Assembly (NCBI GenBank): GCA_031414535.1
Contig: JANNVQ010000034.1
Span: 1 to 64,000, forward strand
Length of the DNA: 64,000 nucleotides
DNA from: Gemmatimonas sp.
GTDB lineage: Bacteria; Gemmatimonadota; Gemmatimonadetes; Gemmatimonadales; Gemmatimonadaceae
Direction: 5' to 3'
A program made the position numbers and the translations under genes. Below the pieces are notes generated by a model, which was not told the origin of the DNA, searched no databases, and worked only from the letters and a program-made list of their open reading frames with translations. Below are positions 37,512 through 47,324 of this stretch, one piece after another (the first letter of the stretch is position 1; every line of letters begins with the position of its first letter).

Positions 37512-39329
37512 ATGCGGCTGTATCGCCGGCTGCTGGTCTTCCTGCGTCCGCACACGTGGCGGCTCGCAGGCAACATCCTGTTCAACGTGATCGCCGCGGC
37601 ACTCGACGGCGTGGCCTTCACCTTGCTCATTCCCTTCCTGAACACGCTGTTCCGCCTGTCCAGCGCGGTGGTACAGGACATGGGCTGGCTCACGGTGGCC
37701 CAAGAGCGACTGGTCGGCGCCTTCCTCGTGGAAGGCGACCCCTTGGGTTCGCTGCGCGGCGTGATCCTCGTGATCATCGCCATGGTCACGCTCAAGAACG
37801 TCTTCCTTTGGGCCGGCGGACAACTCGGCGCCTCGCTGCAGGAATACATCACGCGCGATCTGCGCGCGGCCGTGTTCTCGCACATGCAGCGCTTGCCGCT
37901 GGGATGGTTCTCGCGCACCAAAACGGGGCAGATCATTGCCCGCATCCTGACGGACACGGAACAGACAAAGGCGATTCTCGCCGAAGTGGCAACCCGCACC
38001 ATCCAGAATGCCGCGCAACTCGTCGTCACGGTCTGGATCCTCTACACGATGTCGCCGCGGCTCACGCTGTATGCGCTCGTGGTGGCGCCGCTCATCATTG
38101 GATTCCTGCAGCCGCTGCTGCGCAAGTTGCGTAAAGGACACCGCCGCTTGCGCGCCGAATACGGTGAGATTACGAGCGTGCTCCAGGAAGTCATCAGCGG
38201 CATTCGCTTGGTCAAGTCTTTTCGCGGCGAGCCATACGAAGACGGCCGCTTTCTTGGCGCATCGGCACGCTATTCAAAAGGGATGACACGGATTCAACGT
38301 CTCTCGTTGCTCAGCGCCCCGCTCACGGAAGTGCTCGGCACCATCGTCGCGGTGGCGGTGCTCTGGCTCGGCGCGCGTGAAGTCCTGCAAGGTGGCGGAA
38401 TGGATGGCGGCACGCTCATCACCTTCATGGTGCTGGTCATGCGTCTGCTGCAACCGCTCAAGCAAATGTCACAGGCGCCGACGACCGCCCAGCAATCATT
38501 GGCGGCCGCAGAGCGTCTGTTCGAGGTGTTGGATCAGCCCACGGAAGCACAGGCAGACACCGGGACACGCGAAGTGAAGGCGCTTGAGCGCGAACTGAGG
38601 TTTGAGAGCGTGGGCTTCGCGTACGACGGCACTGCGGTGTTAAACGACGTGACCTTCACAGCTCGGCGCGGCGATGTGATTGCGCTCGTGGGGGCCAGCG
38701 GAGCGGGGAAGAGCACACTGGTGGATCTGATTCCACGCTTCATTGCACCGACGGCGGGCCGCATCACGCTCGATGGTGTGTCCTTGGGTGATATCACGCT
38801 TCCCTCGCTGCGGCGTCTGACTGGCATCGTGTCGCAGGACACGGTGCTCTTCAATGACTCCGTGCGCGCGAACATCGCCTACGGCGCGGAGGCCCAGTAC
38901 ACACAGGCCCAAGTTGAAGTAGCGGCGCGCGCGGCGAATGCGCATGAGTTCATCGCGGCCCTGCCTGAGGGGTATGAGACGGCTCTTGGCGAGCGCGGCA
39001 CGCGCTTGTCAGGCGGCCAGCGTCAGCGATTGGCCATTGCACGTGCGCTGCTGACCGACCCGCCAATCTTAATTCTCGACGAAGCGACCTCGGCGCTCGA
39101 TACCGAGAGCGAGCGGCTCGTGCAGGAGGCGCTGGACCGCCTGCTGGCTGGCCGTACGACATTCGTGATTGCCCATCGCCTGAGCACCATCGTCCACGCC
39201 ACGCAGATTCTCGTGATGGAAGCGGGGCGCATCGTGGAGCGCGGTACGCACGACGAACTCCTCGCACGTGGCGGAGCCTACGCCCGGCTTCACGCGCTTC
39301 AGGAGCGTCGCGAGCGCAGTGATGGCTGA
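37512..39329 (+). CDS. ABC exporter, MsbA-like fused TM + NBD
   Basis: GASGAGKS, LSGGQRQR, ILDEATSALD, AHRLST; upstream of an LpxL-like gene. Confidence 0.92.
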   Translation: MRLYRRLLVFLRPHTWRLAGNILFNVIAAALDGVAFTLLIPFLNTLFRLSSAVVQDMGWLTVAQERLVGAFLVEGDPLGSLRGVILVIIAMVTLKNVFLWAGGQLGASLQEYITRDLRAAVFSHMQRLPLGWFSRTKTGQIIARILTDTEQTKAILAEVATRTIQNAAQLVVTVWILYTMSPRLTLYALVVAPLIIGFLQPLLRKLRKGHRRLRAEYGEITSVLQEVISGIRLVKSFRGEPYEDGRFLGASARYSKGMTRIQRLSLLSAPLTEVLGTIVAVAVLWLGAREVLQGGGMDGGTLITFMVLVMRLLQPLKQMSQAPTTAQQSLAAAERLFEVLDQPTEAQADTGTREVKALERELRFESVGFAYDGTAVLNDVTFTARRGDVIALVGASGAGKSTLVDLIPRFIAPTAGRITLDGVSLGDITLPSLRRLTGIVSQDTVLFNDSVRANIAYGAEAQYTQAQVEVAARAANAHEFIAALPEGYETALGERGTRLSGGQRQRLAIARALLTDPPILILDEATSALDTESERLVQEALDRLLAGRTTFVIAHRLSTIVHATQILVMEAGRIVERGTHDELLARGGAYARLHALQERRERSDG

Positions 39330-40290
39330 GTCGCCAGCTCCCGTTGTCGCTGCGGTGAAGGGCCGCGTGGTGAAGCCGCCGACGATGACCCAGCGCGCGG
39401 AGTATGGGCTACTGCGCCTGATTGGGACGCTCCTGAGGCCCTTCAGTTGGAAGACGGCGTCCAACTTCGGGGCCTTCCTCGGCGGGCTCGGCTACTCGCC
39501 CTTTCGTGTGCGCGCGGATCGAGTGGAGCGCTATGTGCGCGCGGCCTTTCCTGATATCTCGGATGCGCGCGTGAAGCAGATTGCGCGCGAGTCCTACCGT
39601 GGGCTGGGCCGCGTGACCATCGAAAGCATTTTGCTGTCTCGCGAACCCAAGGAGACGGTGCTGGCGGCGTTCTCGGGCGCCGAGAACTGGGAGTTGCTGG
39701 AGGCCGCGCTCGCCGAAGGTCGGGGTGTCGTACTTGTGAGCGGACACATCGGGAGCTGGGAGCTGTCCGCGGCGTATATGTCGGCGCGTGGCGTCCCAGT
39801 GGATGCCATCGCTATGCACATGGCCAATCCGCTCAGCGATGGCTTCTTTAGGCGCACGCGTGAGCGTTTCGGGATGCGCGTGCTGTTTGACGACGAGGCC
39901 GTCCGCGCCATTCCTCGTGCCTTTCGCGATGGACGTGCGGTCGGGTTCCTGTCCGATCAAGGCGCACTCGGTCTCGCGTCCACATTCGTGGACTTCTTCG
40001 GCCGGCCCGCCAAGACGCCACGTGGTGCCGCGGTGTTCGCGCTGCGTGGTCGCTTGCCGATGCTCTTCGTTGCGGCCATTCGCCAAAGCGATCTCTCGTA
40101 TCGTTTCATCGTGCGCGCGGTGCCGCTTGCCGAGAGCGGCGACCGCGAGCGAGACGTGGACGACACGGTGCGCAACTACACGAAGGCCATCGAAGACTGC
40201 GTGCGCGAGCACCCGGAGCAGTACTTCTGGCAGCATCGTCGTTGGAAACGTCAGCCACCTGATACGCCCCCCCACTTGCGAGAGCCGTGA
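39322..40290 (+). CDS. Lipid A lauroyl/myristoyl acyltransferase family (LpxL-like)
   Basis: GHIGSWE, LSDQ, FFGRPA, HPEQYFWQHRRWK. Confidence 0.9.
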   Translation: MAESPAPVVAAVKGRVVKPPTMTQRAEYGLLRLIGTLLRPFSWKTASNFGAFLGGLGYSPFRVRADRVERYVRAAFPDISDARVKQIARESYRGLGRVTIESILLSREPKETVLAAFSGAENWELLEAALAEGRGVVLVSGHIGSWELSAAYMSARGVPVDAIAMHMANPLSDGFFRRTRERFGMRVLFDDEAVRAIPRAFRDGRAVGFLSDQGALGLASTFVDFFGRPAKTPRGAAVFALRGRLPMLFVAAIRQSDLSYRFIVRAVPLAESGDRERDVDDTVRNYTKAIEDCVREHPEQYFWQHRRWKRQPPDTPPHLREP

Positions 40291-40315
40291 TGCGTTCAGC
40301 GATTGGTCGCCATTG

Positions 40316-41473
40316 ATGGCGTATCCCTACGACGTCGAGTCCGTCCGCCGGCGCGAGTACCCTTGGGAAGCGCGTGGCGAGGCCGTGCACTTCGATCACG
40401 CCAGCCTCGGAGTTATTCCCCAGCGCGCGCGCGATGCCGTGGCGGCCTACAACGACAAGCGCGCCGAGATGCACGCGATGGGGGCCGGGGATTTCTTCCC
40501 GGTGCTGGATCGCTCGCGCGCGTTGATTGCGCAGTTGATTGGCGCGAGCGCTGAGGAGATTGCGCTCACCACGAACACGAGCTGGGGCGTGAACCTCGCG
40601 GCCTACGCACTCCCGCTTGGGCCCGGCGACATCGTGCTCGGTTCCGAGGGTGAGTTCCCGGCCAACGTGTATCCCTGGATGTCGGCGTCCAAGTCGCGCG
40701 GGTTTGCCTTTGAGTTGTTGCCAATGGCGGGATTGGAGATTGATGAAGCCGCGATTCTCAAGCGCATCGAGACCGACCCCCGCGTAAAGTGTGTGGCGCT
40801 GAGTTGGGTGTCGTTCTGGAGTGGGTATAAGATTGACGCGGCTACTATTGGTGCGGCCTGCCGTAAGCGCGGGATCTGGTTTGCGCTCGACGCCATCCAA
40901 GGCCTGGGGCCCTGCGTGTTCGATGTCCGCACGATGCCCGTGGACATCCTGTCATGCGGTGCACAGAAGTGGCTGTGCTCCCCTTGGGGTGCAGCCTTCG
41001 CTTATGTGCGGAAGGAACTCATTGAGCAGTTGGAGCCGCCGGCCACCGGTTGGCTCTCGCAGGCGAGTGCCGGTGACTTCGGGCGCTTCCTGGACTACGA
41101 CCCGGCGTGGCGGAGTGATGCACAGCGCTTTGAAGTGGGATCGCTGCCTATTCAGGATTTCGTGGGATTGAATGGCACGCTTGAGCTGATGCTCGAGATT
41201 GGGCCGCGAAACATCCAGGACTATGTGCTGGGGCTGAGCGGAGAGTTGTGGAACTGGGTGGCCTCGCGTGGCTTCAGCTTGCTCACGCGGCCGGAGGACG
41301 AGAGACGGGGCGCGATTGTCGCGTTCCGTACGCCCGACGTCGCGGCGGACTCAGGGCGGCTCCGGGCTGCCGGCGTGGTGCATTCGGTGCGCGAGGGTGC
41401 GATTCGCTTGGCGCCGCATTTTCACAACCTGCCAGGCGACTTGCTGCGCGTTGCGGACGCCCTCGGCGCTTAG
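40316..41473 (+). CDS. PLP-dependent aminotransferase class V family protein
   Basis: FDHASLG, EFPAN, DAIQG, GAQKWL, IRLAPHFHN; ATG 40316. Confidence 0.88.
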   Translation: MAYPYDVESVRRREYPWEARGEAVHFDHASLGVIPQRARDAVAAYNDKRAEMHAMGAGDFFPVLDRSRALIAQLIGASAEEIALTTNTSWGVNLAAYALPLGPGDIVLGSEGEFPANVYPWMSASKSRGFAFELLPMAGLEIDEAAILKRIETDPRVKCVALSWVSFWSGYKIDAATIGAACRKRGIWFALDAIQGLGPCVFDVRTMPVDILSCGAQKWLCSPWGAAFAYVRKELIEQLEPPATGWLSQASAGDFGRFLDYDPAWRSDAQRFEVGSLPIQDFVGLNGTLELMLEIGPRNIQDYVLGLSGELWNWVASRGFSLLTRPEDERRGAIVAFRTPDVAADSGRLRAAGVVHSVREGAIRLAPHFHNLPGDLLRVADALGA

Positions 41474-41502
41474 AGCGCGCTTCAAAGGCGGTGCACGAGC
41501 GA

Positions 41503-42765
41503 TCAGCGCTCGCTACGGCACTCGGGAATCGGACGCAGGCCATCTAGCTGCGGCAGTACCCACCACGCCTGCGTCTCTACGTCGTCTGCGTCACGGGTCG
41601 TTACCAGTGCGCCTTGCGGGCGCACCGCGAGCAATCGCGAACCGATTCGTAATTGTAGGCGCCAAGCACGAGTGCCGTGAACGTCCACGATGGTCCACTG
41701 GTCCGGTTCGCGCTGCGCCGACTCGCGAAATCTCTGCACCCAGATGGCACCGTCCGCGCTGGTGAGCACGCGGCCGAAGCTTGGGAGTCGAGCGGGGAAG
41801 CTCACGTGCTCGCGCAGCGCACGCTCGAATTGTGCGCGTGGGAACTCACTGTTCTGCGGCATGCGAGCCATCGTTTCGACGATGTACTGTTCCTTGCGTT
41901 GCGCGGTGACCACCGTCCCGGAGTCTCTCGGCGCGCGTACGTATGCGACGGTCGTGAACGCGCCGCTGCTGTCTGGCGCCTCGATCCGCAGTTCCCAGCG
42001 TTCGGGATATCCATACACCATGCAACGCCCATACGCGCGCCACTGCGCATTTGGCGCGAATGGTTGGCCGATGGTGTAGCCGCGCGGTAGCACGCCGTCC
42101 GGCAGGCGCTCCGAAACACCGAACTGCCTTGGATCGCCAAGAGACGGTTTGTCACTGCCAATGATCAGCGTGCCGAGCCGGTAATTGATAGGGAAGAGAC
42201 CTGGAGCTTTGACATCATCGTCCAAGCCAAACTCTGCTACGGCCAGCGTGTCTCCGCTGAGTCCAGTCCACACCGACAGTCCACTCTTGTCGGTGAACCG
42301 CGGGTACGGCGTGCTCCGTGCAAAGCGCAGATCCGTTCCGAGTCGCGAAAGCCGACCCGCCGAAATGTCCGCGACCCACAGTGAATCATCGGGCGACTGC
42401 CAAAGGGCGGAGAGCGAAGCGACTTCGCCCGGGCCCCGGCCCTGAGGCATCGCAACGCCCACGAAGGCGCCCGCCGAATCGAAGCTCGCGACGAGATTGC
42501 CGTCGCTGACCAGCGTCCGCCCATCGCGCAGTGGAATCATCATCTGCGGATTGTTGGCGAAGAGGTCTTCCGGTGCGCCCTTCAACACGACGGTATCCGT
42601 TGCGGTAATCTCCGCGTACGAACCGAGGCTGTCCTCGAGCGAAACGATTGAGCGTCCCGCGGAGTCGCTCCGGACTACGGACGCACTGATGACGACTGCA
42701 GATTCGGCGCAGGCCGTGACGGCGAGCGTGGCGAGAATAAGGGGTGCACACCTTGTCATCCGCAT
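41503..42765 (-). CDS. Hypothetical lipoprotein, probable beta-propeller
   Basis: Lipobox-like LAVTAC; GRGPGE and LWVAD / IWVQR blade-like motifs. Confidence 0.65.
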   Translation of the reverse strand: MRMTRCAPLILATLAVTACAESAVVISASVVRSDSAGRSIVSLEDSLGSYAEITATDTVVLKGAPEDLFANNPQMMIPLRDGRTLVSDGNLVASFDSAGAFVGVAMPQGRGPGEVASLSALWQSPDDSLWVADISAGRLSRLGTDLRFARSTPYPRFTDKSGLSVWTGLSGDTLAVAEFGLDDDVKAPGLFPINYRLGTLIIGSDKPSLGDPRQFGVSERLPDGVLPRGYTIGQPFAPNAQWRAYGRCMVYGYPERWELRIEAPDSSGAFTTVAYVRAPRDSGTVVTAQRKEQYIVETMARMPQNSEFPRAQFERALREHVSFPARLPSFGRVLTSADGAIWVQRFRESAQREPDQWTIVDVHGTRAWRLQLRIGSRLLAVRPQGALVTTRDADDVETQAWWVLPQLDGLRPIPECRSER

Positions 42766-42869
42766 GTCGGCTCCATTTAAGGACGCCAGAATGTGCGGGG
42801 CGGGACATCTCGCGGCAATAGGCTTGGCTAAGCAAACAGAGGATGAGTAGGCCTCGTTAGATTTGACAG

Positions 42870-44546
42870 GTGACCGCCCCCGCCATCAGCACTGCCCCGC
42901 TCGCCGACCAGATCGCGCGCCGGCGCACCTTCGCCATCATCTCGCATCCCGACGCCGGCAAGACCACGCTGACGGAGAAGCTGCTGCTCTACGGCGGCGC
43001 TATTCATCAGGCCGGCTCCGTGAAGGCGCGTAAGGCCCAACGCCACGCCACTTCCGACTGGATGGCCCTCGAGCAGGAACGCGGCATCTCGGTCACGAGC
43101 TCGGTGCTGCAGTTCGAGTATCGCGGTTTCGCCGTCAACCTGCTCGATACGCCAGGCCACGCCGACTTCGGCGAAGACACCTTCCGCACGCTCGTTGCTG
43201 CCGACTCGGTCGTGATGCTGCTCGACAACCGTAAGGGCGTGGAAGAGCGCACGCGGCAGCTGTTCGACGTTTGCCGGCGTCGTCGTATGCCGATCTTCAC
43301 GGTGGTCAATAAGTGCGACCGCTACGGCGAAGATCCGCTCAAGCTCATCTCCGACCTAGAAGCCGACCTCGGCATCATCGCCGTCGCCGCGCACTGGCCG
43401 ATCCACATGAGCGATCCGGTGCTCGGCACGCAGTTCCGCGGGGTGTATGACCGTCGCCACAAGCGCGCGTTCCTGTTTGAGCGGGACGAGCGGCACGGCG
43501 CGGACAAGGTCGAGACCAGGACGCTGCAACTCACCGGCCCCGACGACACCGCCTTGCTCGATGCGCTCGGCGGTACGGACGAAGCGCTGCAGGCGGTGGA
43601 GAAGCTCGCGCACGACATCGAACTGCTCGACATGGCCGGTCACGAGTTTGATCCTGCTGCCATCATCAGTGGCGAGATGACGCCGGTGTACTTCGCGTCG
43701 GCGCTGACCAACTTTGGCGTTGAGCCGTTCCTCGAAGACTTTCTGCCCATCGCGCCGAGCCCGGTGGGACGCGAGAGCAATGCCGGCGTGATTGAGCCCT
43801 CGGAGGAAGTGTTCACGGCATTCGTGTTCAAGGTGCAGGCCAACATGGATCCGCGGCATCGCGACCGCGTGGCCTTCCTGCGCGTGTGCAGCGGTCGCTA
43901 CACGGCGGGCCTCGAGGTCACGCACGTGCGCACTGGCAAAACCTTCAAACTCGCACCGCCCCAGCAGTTCCTCGGACGAGAGCGCGCCTTCGCCGAAGAA
44001 GCCTTGCCTGGTGATGTCGTCGGGGTGCATGATCGCGGCAGCCTGCGCATTGGCGATACGCTGGCCGCCAACGGTGCGCCCAAGGCCCCCGGTGGAAAGC
44101 TGCTTGAGTACGTGGGCATTCCACGGTTCGCGCCGCAGCACTTCGCGCGCATCCTCTCCAAGGACCCATTGCGTCGCAAGGCGCTCGACAAGGGACTGCG
44201 AGAATTGTCGGATGAAGGCGCGGCGCAGGCCTTCTTCGCCGAGTCGGCGATGGGTCCCGTGCCGATTGTTGGCGCGGTTGGTATGCTGCAGTTCGACGTC
44301 ATGGTGCACCGGCTCGAGAACGAGTACGGCGCGCCCTGCACGCTCGACAACTTGCCCTATCGCTTTCCGCGCTGGGTGACGGGACCCGAGGATGTCATCA
44401 CTCGCTTAGGTGAGGCGCAAGATATGACGTTGCTCGTAGACTCCAAGGACAATCGCGTACTCGTGTTCCGCGATGAGTGGCGCCTGCGATGGGCCCAGGA
44501 GAAGGGCGTGGAGCAGGGGCTCACGTTCCATACTGAGGCGCCGTAA
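42870..44546 (+). CDS. prfC: Peptide chain release factor 3
   Basis: RRTFAIISHPDAGKTT, ATSDWM..EQERGIS, DTPGH, FKVQANMDPRHRDR, GAVGMLQFDV. Confidence 0.97.
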   Translation: MTAPAISTAPLADQIARRRTFAIISHPDAGKTTLTEKLLLYGGAIHQAGSVKARKAQRHATSDWMALEQERGISVTSSVLQFEYRGFAVNLLDTPGHADFGEDTFRTLVAADSVVMLLDNRKGVEERTRQLFDVCRRRRMPIFTVVNKCDRYGEDPLKLISDLEADLGIIAVAAHWPIHMSDPVLGTQFRGVYDRRHKRAFLFERDERHGADKVETRTLQLTGPDDTALLDALGGTDEALQAVEKLAHDIELLDMAGHEFDPAAIISGEMTPVYFASALTNFGVEPFLEDFLPIAPSPVGRESNAGVIEPSEEVFTAFVFKVQANMDPRHRDRVAFLRVCSGRYTAGLEVTHVRTGKTFKLAPPQQFLGRERAFAEEALPGDVVGVHDRGSLRIGDTLAANGAPKAPGGKLLEYVGIPRFAPQHFARILSKDPLRRKALDKGLRELSDEGAAQAFFAESAMGPVPIVGAVGMLQFDVMVHRLENEYGAPCTLDNLPYRFPRWVTGPEDVITRLGEAQDMTLLVDSKDNRVLVFRDEWRLRWAQEKGVEQGLTFHTEAP

Positions 44547-44586
44547 CCGGCGCCTGAGCAGCGCCGGGCGCAACGGTTACGGCGCC
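44537..44586. terminator. Long GC hairpin between convergent prfC and the hybrid kinase
   Basis: GGCGCCGTAACCG (44537-44549) / CGGTTACGGCGCC (44574-44586) perfect 13 bp plus an inner stem; no U-tract. Confidence 0.55.
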
Positions 44587-44604
44587 GAGGCTGCCCGGTG
44601 ACAT

Positions 44605-46875
44605 TCACCGCGGCACACGAAGCAGGCGATTGATCGCCCCGTTGAGATCGATCTCTCGGAAGGGCTTCGCGAGGAACTCCGAGTTTCCCGCGTGGAGGAA
44701 CGCGTTCAGTTCGTCGCTGCCTTTGGCGCCCGAAACAAACAATACCGGCACCTGGGGGCAGACGGCGCGCAGATGGGCGGCGAGTTCCTCACCGCGCATG
44801 CCGGGCATGTCAAGGTCCGTCACGACCAGCTGAGGCGTTGGGTCGTTCTGACTGAAAGCGCGTGCGGCCTCGTGTCCATTGGCGGCGGTGACGACGGCGT
44901 GACCGAGCCGCCTGATCAGCCGCTCGGAGATTCGACGGATGAGTGGATCATCATCCACGAGGAGCACCGTGACCCCTGCGCCTGGTCTGGCTACTGATGG
45001 AGAATCAACTATCGCTTCCTCACTCGCCGCATCGACGAGCGGAAACCGCAACAGAAAGGTCGAACCGAGCCCAACGGCGCTGCGCAGTTCGATCGTACCG
45101 CCGTTCTTCAGGACGAGATCGCGGACCATCGCGAGCCCCAATCCCGTGCCACGACCACTCTCCTTTGTCGTGAAGAACGGTTCGAACACCTTCTCGGTCA
45201 GGCTCTCAGGAATACCGATTCCGGTGTCATTGACAGAGAGCTCCGCGTGAACGACGCCATCCAAGTCTTTCGTCCGCAAGCCCAGTGAGAGCATACCGCC
45301 CGCAGGCATCGCATCGCGCGCGTTTATCGCCAGGTTCAGCAGTATCTGTTCGATATTTCCCTTGTCTGCGCGGATTCTGACGGGCGCCTTCGACTCTGCA
45401 ACCGAGAGGCGGATATCGGGATTGCCAAGCAGCCGGATGAGCATCTGTCCGACGTCGTGTAGCACCACTGTCAGGTCGACGATGGTGCGTGTGCCACTGC
45501 TGGGGCGGCTGAACCCGAGCAATTGACTGGTCAACCCGGCCCCGCGGTAGGCAGCGTCCCGCGCAGTTTGCAGGTCGACCGCCACGGGTGTCGTGTTTCC
45601 GATGTCGTCCAATGCGAGCTCTACGCTGAGGGTGATGACGGAAAGCAAATTGTTGAAGTCGTGGGCAATTCCACTGGCAAGGTTTCCCACGACTTGCATT
45701 TTCTGGGATTGGCGCAGCTGCGACTCCATTCGTCGGCTTTCCGTGAGGTCGCGGACAACAACTGCAGTGCCATTTGGAATTCCGTCGGCGTCGCAAGTCG
45801 GGGAGAGGTGCACCTCGATCACGAGCGGCTGGCCTTGGTTGTTCGTGGTGAACACCTCGCGAATCTGGTGCCGCAGTTCGGGAGACTCGACCGCGCTCAG
45901 CGCGACCTGTTCGCCACGGTCATCCACGGTGACGAACGGGAGCGCCTGGCCTACACACTGCTCCGATGACCACCCGAAGACCGTTTCTGCAGCGGGGTTC
46001 CACAACTGAACGCAGCCATCGGCATCAAGGACAATCATCGGCAACGGCGTGGATTCCACCATGGCCGAAATGAGCGCTTGGGCTTCAGACCTCTGCCGCT
46101 CGGCTCGCATCTCCCCGGAGATATCCACGGCGATGGCGACGCCGGCGAACTCGGAGCCCTCCAAGCGCGACGCTGACATCAACACGGACACTCGCCGCCC
46201 GGAGGGGTGTAGAAATTCCTTTCGGTATGGTGGGCAACTGCCCGTTGCCGTCAGCGACGCGACCGCAGCCTGATCTGCCGCCGCGAATGCCGCGGGGGTT
46301 GCCCGCACCCAGTCCAGCGATCCGTCGTTCAGCTGCTGTCGAGTAAAGCCAATCATGTCCAGAAAAGCGTCGTTCGCATCCACGATGCGGTATGCGGCAT
46401 CCCAAAAGGCGATTCCTACGACGTTGCTCTCGTAGACGCGCCGAAAGCGCATCTGACTCGCTCGCAGCGCGAACTCAGTGGCGCGACCCTTCCGTCGGAT
46501 TCTTGCGTCGCGCAACTCGCGCTCCGCGGCCGGGACCAGGCGATGCATATGCTGCTTGAGCACATAGTCGTGCGCGCCGGCCCGCATTGCCGCAACGGCG
46601 TATTCCTCGCCCATCGAGCCAGACACAAAGATCACCGGAACCTCAGCGTCGTGTTCCTTCACGATCTGCAAGGCATCAGGGCCGGTGAACCCGGGCAAGT
46701 CATAGTCGCAAAGCACGAGTTCCCAGCGATCCGAAGCAAGCGCGTCACGCAGCGATGGCGCGCTATCGACGCGCTTCGTCCGGATGGGAAGTCCCCCCGC
46801 GCGCAGGACACGCTCGACCAGCAGCGCATCGTTCGCGTTGTCCTCCACCAAGAGTACGCTGATGGCGCCGCTCAT
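44605..46875 (-). CDS. Hybrid sensor kinase REC-PAS-PAS-HisKA-HATPase-REC
   Basis: LLVEDN, AHDFNNLL, NARDAMP, GTGLGL, C-terminal LLVDDD...AKPF. Confidence 0.92.
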   Translation of the reverse strand: MSGAISVLLVEDNANDALLVERVLRAGGLPIRTKRVDSAPSLRDALASDRWELVLCDYDLPGFTGPDALQIVKEHDAEVPVIFVSGSMGEEYAVAAMRAGAHDYVLKQHMHRLVPAAERELRDARIRRKGRATEFALRASQMRFRRVYESNVVGIAFWDAAYRIVDANDAFLDMIGFTRQQLNDGSLDWVRATPAAFAAADQAAVASLTATGSCPPYRKEFLHPSGRRVSVLMSASRLEGSEFAGVAIAVDISGEMRAERQRSEAQALISAMVESTPLPMIVLDADGCVQLWNPAAETVFGWSSEQCVGQALPFVTVDDRGEQVALSAVESPELRHQIREVFTTNNQGQPLVIEVHLSPTCDADGIPNGTAVVVRDLTESRRMESQLRQSQKMQVVGNLASGIAHDFNNLLSVITLSVELALDDIGNTTPVAVDLQTARDAAYRGAGLTSQLLGFSRPSSGTRTIVDLTVVLHDVGQMLIRLLGNPDIRLSVAESKAPVRIRADKGNIEQILLNLAINARDAMPAGGMLSLGLRTKDLDGVVHAELSVNDTGIGIPESLTEKVFEPFFTTKESGRGTGLGLAMVRDLVLKNGGTIELRSAVGLGSTFLLRFPLVDAASEEAIVDSPSVARPGAGVTVLLVDDDPLIRRISERLIRRLGHAVVTAANGHEAARAFSQNDPTPQLVVTDLDMPGMRGEELAAHLRAVCPQVPVLFVSGAKGSDELNAFLHAGNSEFLAKPFREIDLNGAINRLLRVPR

Positions 46876-47324
46876 AAAGTCCTTGGGGGTGGTTCATTGA
46901 GAATGAGCCAGAACAGGCCAAGCGACCGCACGGCTTGCGCGAACTCTTGGAACTCCAGTGGCTTGCGCACATAGCTGTTTGCTCCTAGCCCGTAGCTTCG
47001 CACGATGTCCGCCTCCTCAGCCGAGGACGTCAGCACGACGACGGGGAGCAGTCGCGTTCGCGAATCAGCACGAATCGCCTCCAAGACCTCGAGGCCGCTC
47101 ACCTTGGGCAGCTTGAGGTCCAACAGCACGACTCGCGGCGGTGGCGACGACCCAGGCTCCGTAAAGCGACCCCGCCGAAAGAGGTAGTCAAGCGCTTGCA
47201 CACCATCGGAAACCGCGACCAATGGATTGGCAATGTTGTGCTGTCGCATCGCACGAGCGGTGAGCTCTTGGTCGTCAAGGTTGTCCTCGACGAGCAGGAT
47301 GGTGTCCAGGAATCGTTCGGTCAT
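46872..47324 (-). CDS. Single-domain response regulator (Rcp1-like)
   Basis: LLVEDN, LLDLKLP, ANSYVRKP, FWL tail; ATG 47324 overlaps the kinase stop. Confidence 0.92.
   Translation of the reverse strand: MTERFLDTILLVEDNLDDQELTARAMRQHNIANPLVAVSDGVQALDYLFRRGRFTEPGSSPPPRVVLLDLKLPKVSGLEVLEAIRADSRTRLLPVVVLTSSAEEADIVRSYGLGANSYVRKPLEFQEFAQAVRSLGLFWLILNEPPPRTL

Noticed and set aside
39788..40315. N-terminal extension of the class V aminotransferase
   Set aside because: Overlaps the LpxL-like gene in another frame; family motifs begin after ATG 40316
44537..44610. prfC end as an ICE/prophage attachment site
   Set aside because: It is an inverted repeat, not a direct repeat; no second copy or integrase found in the window
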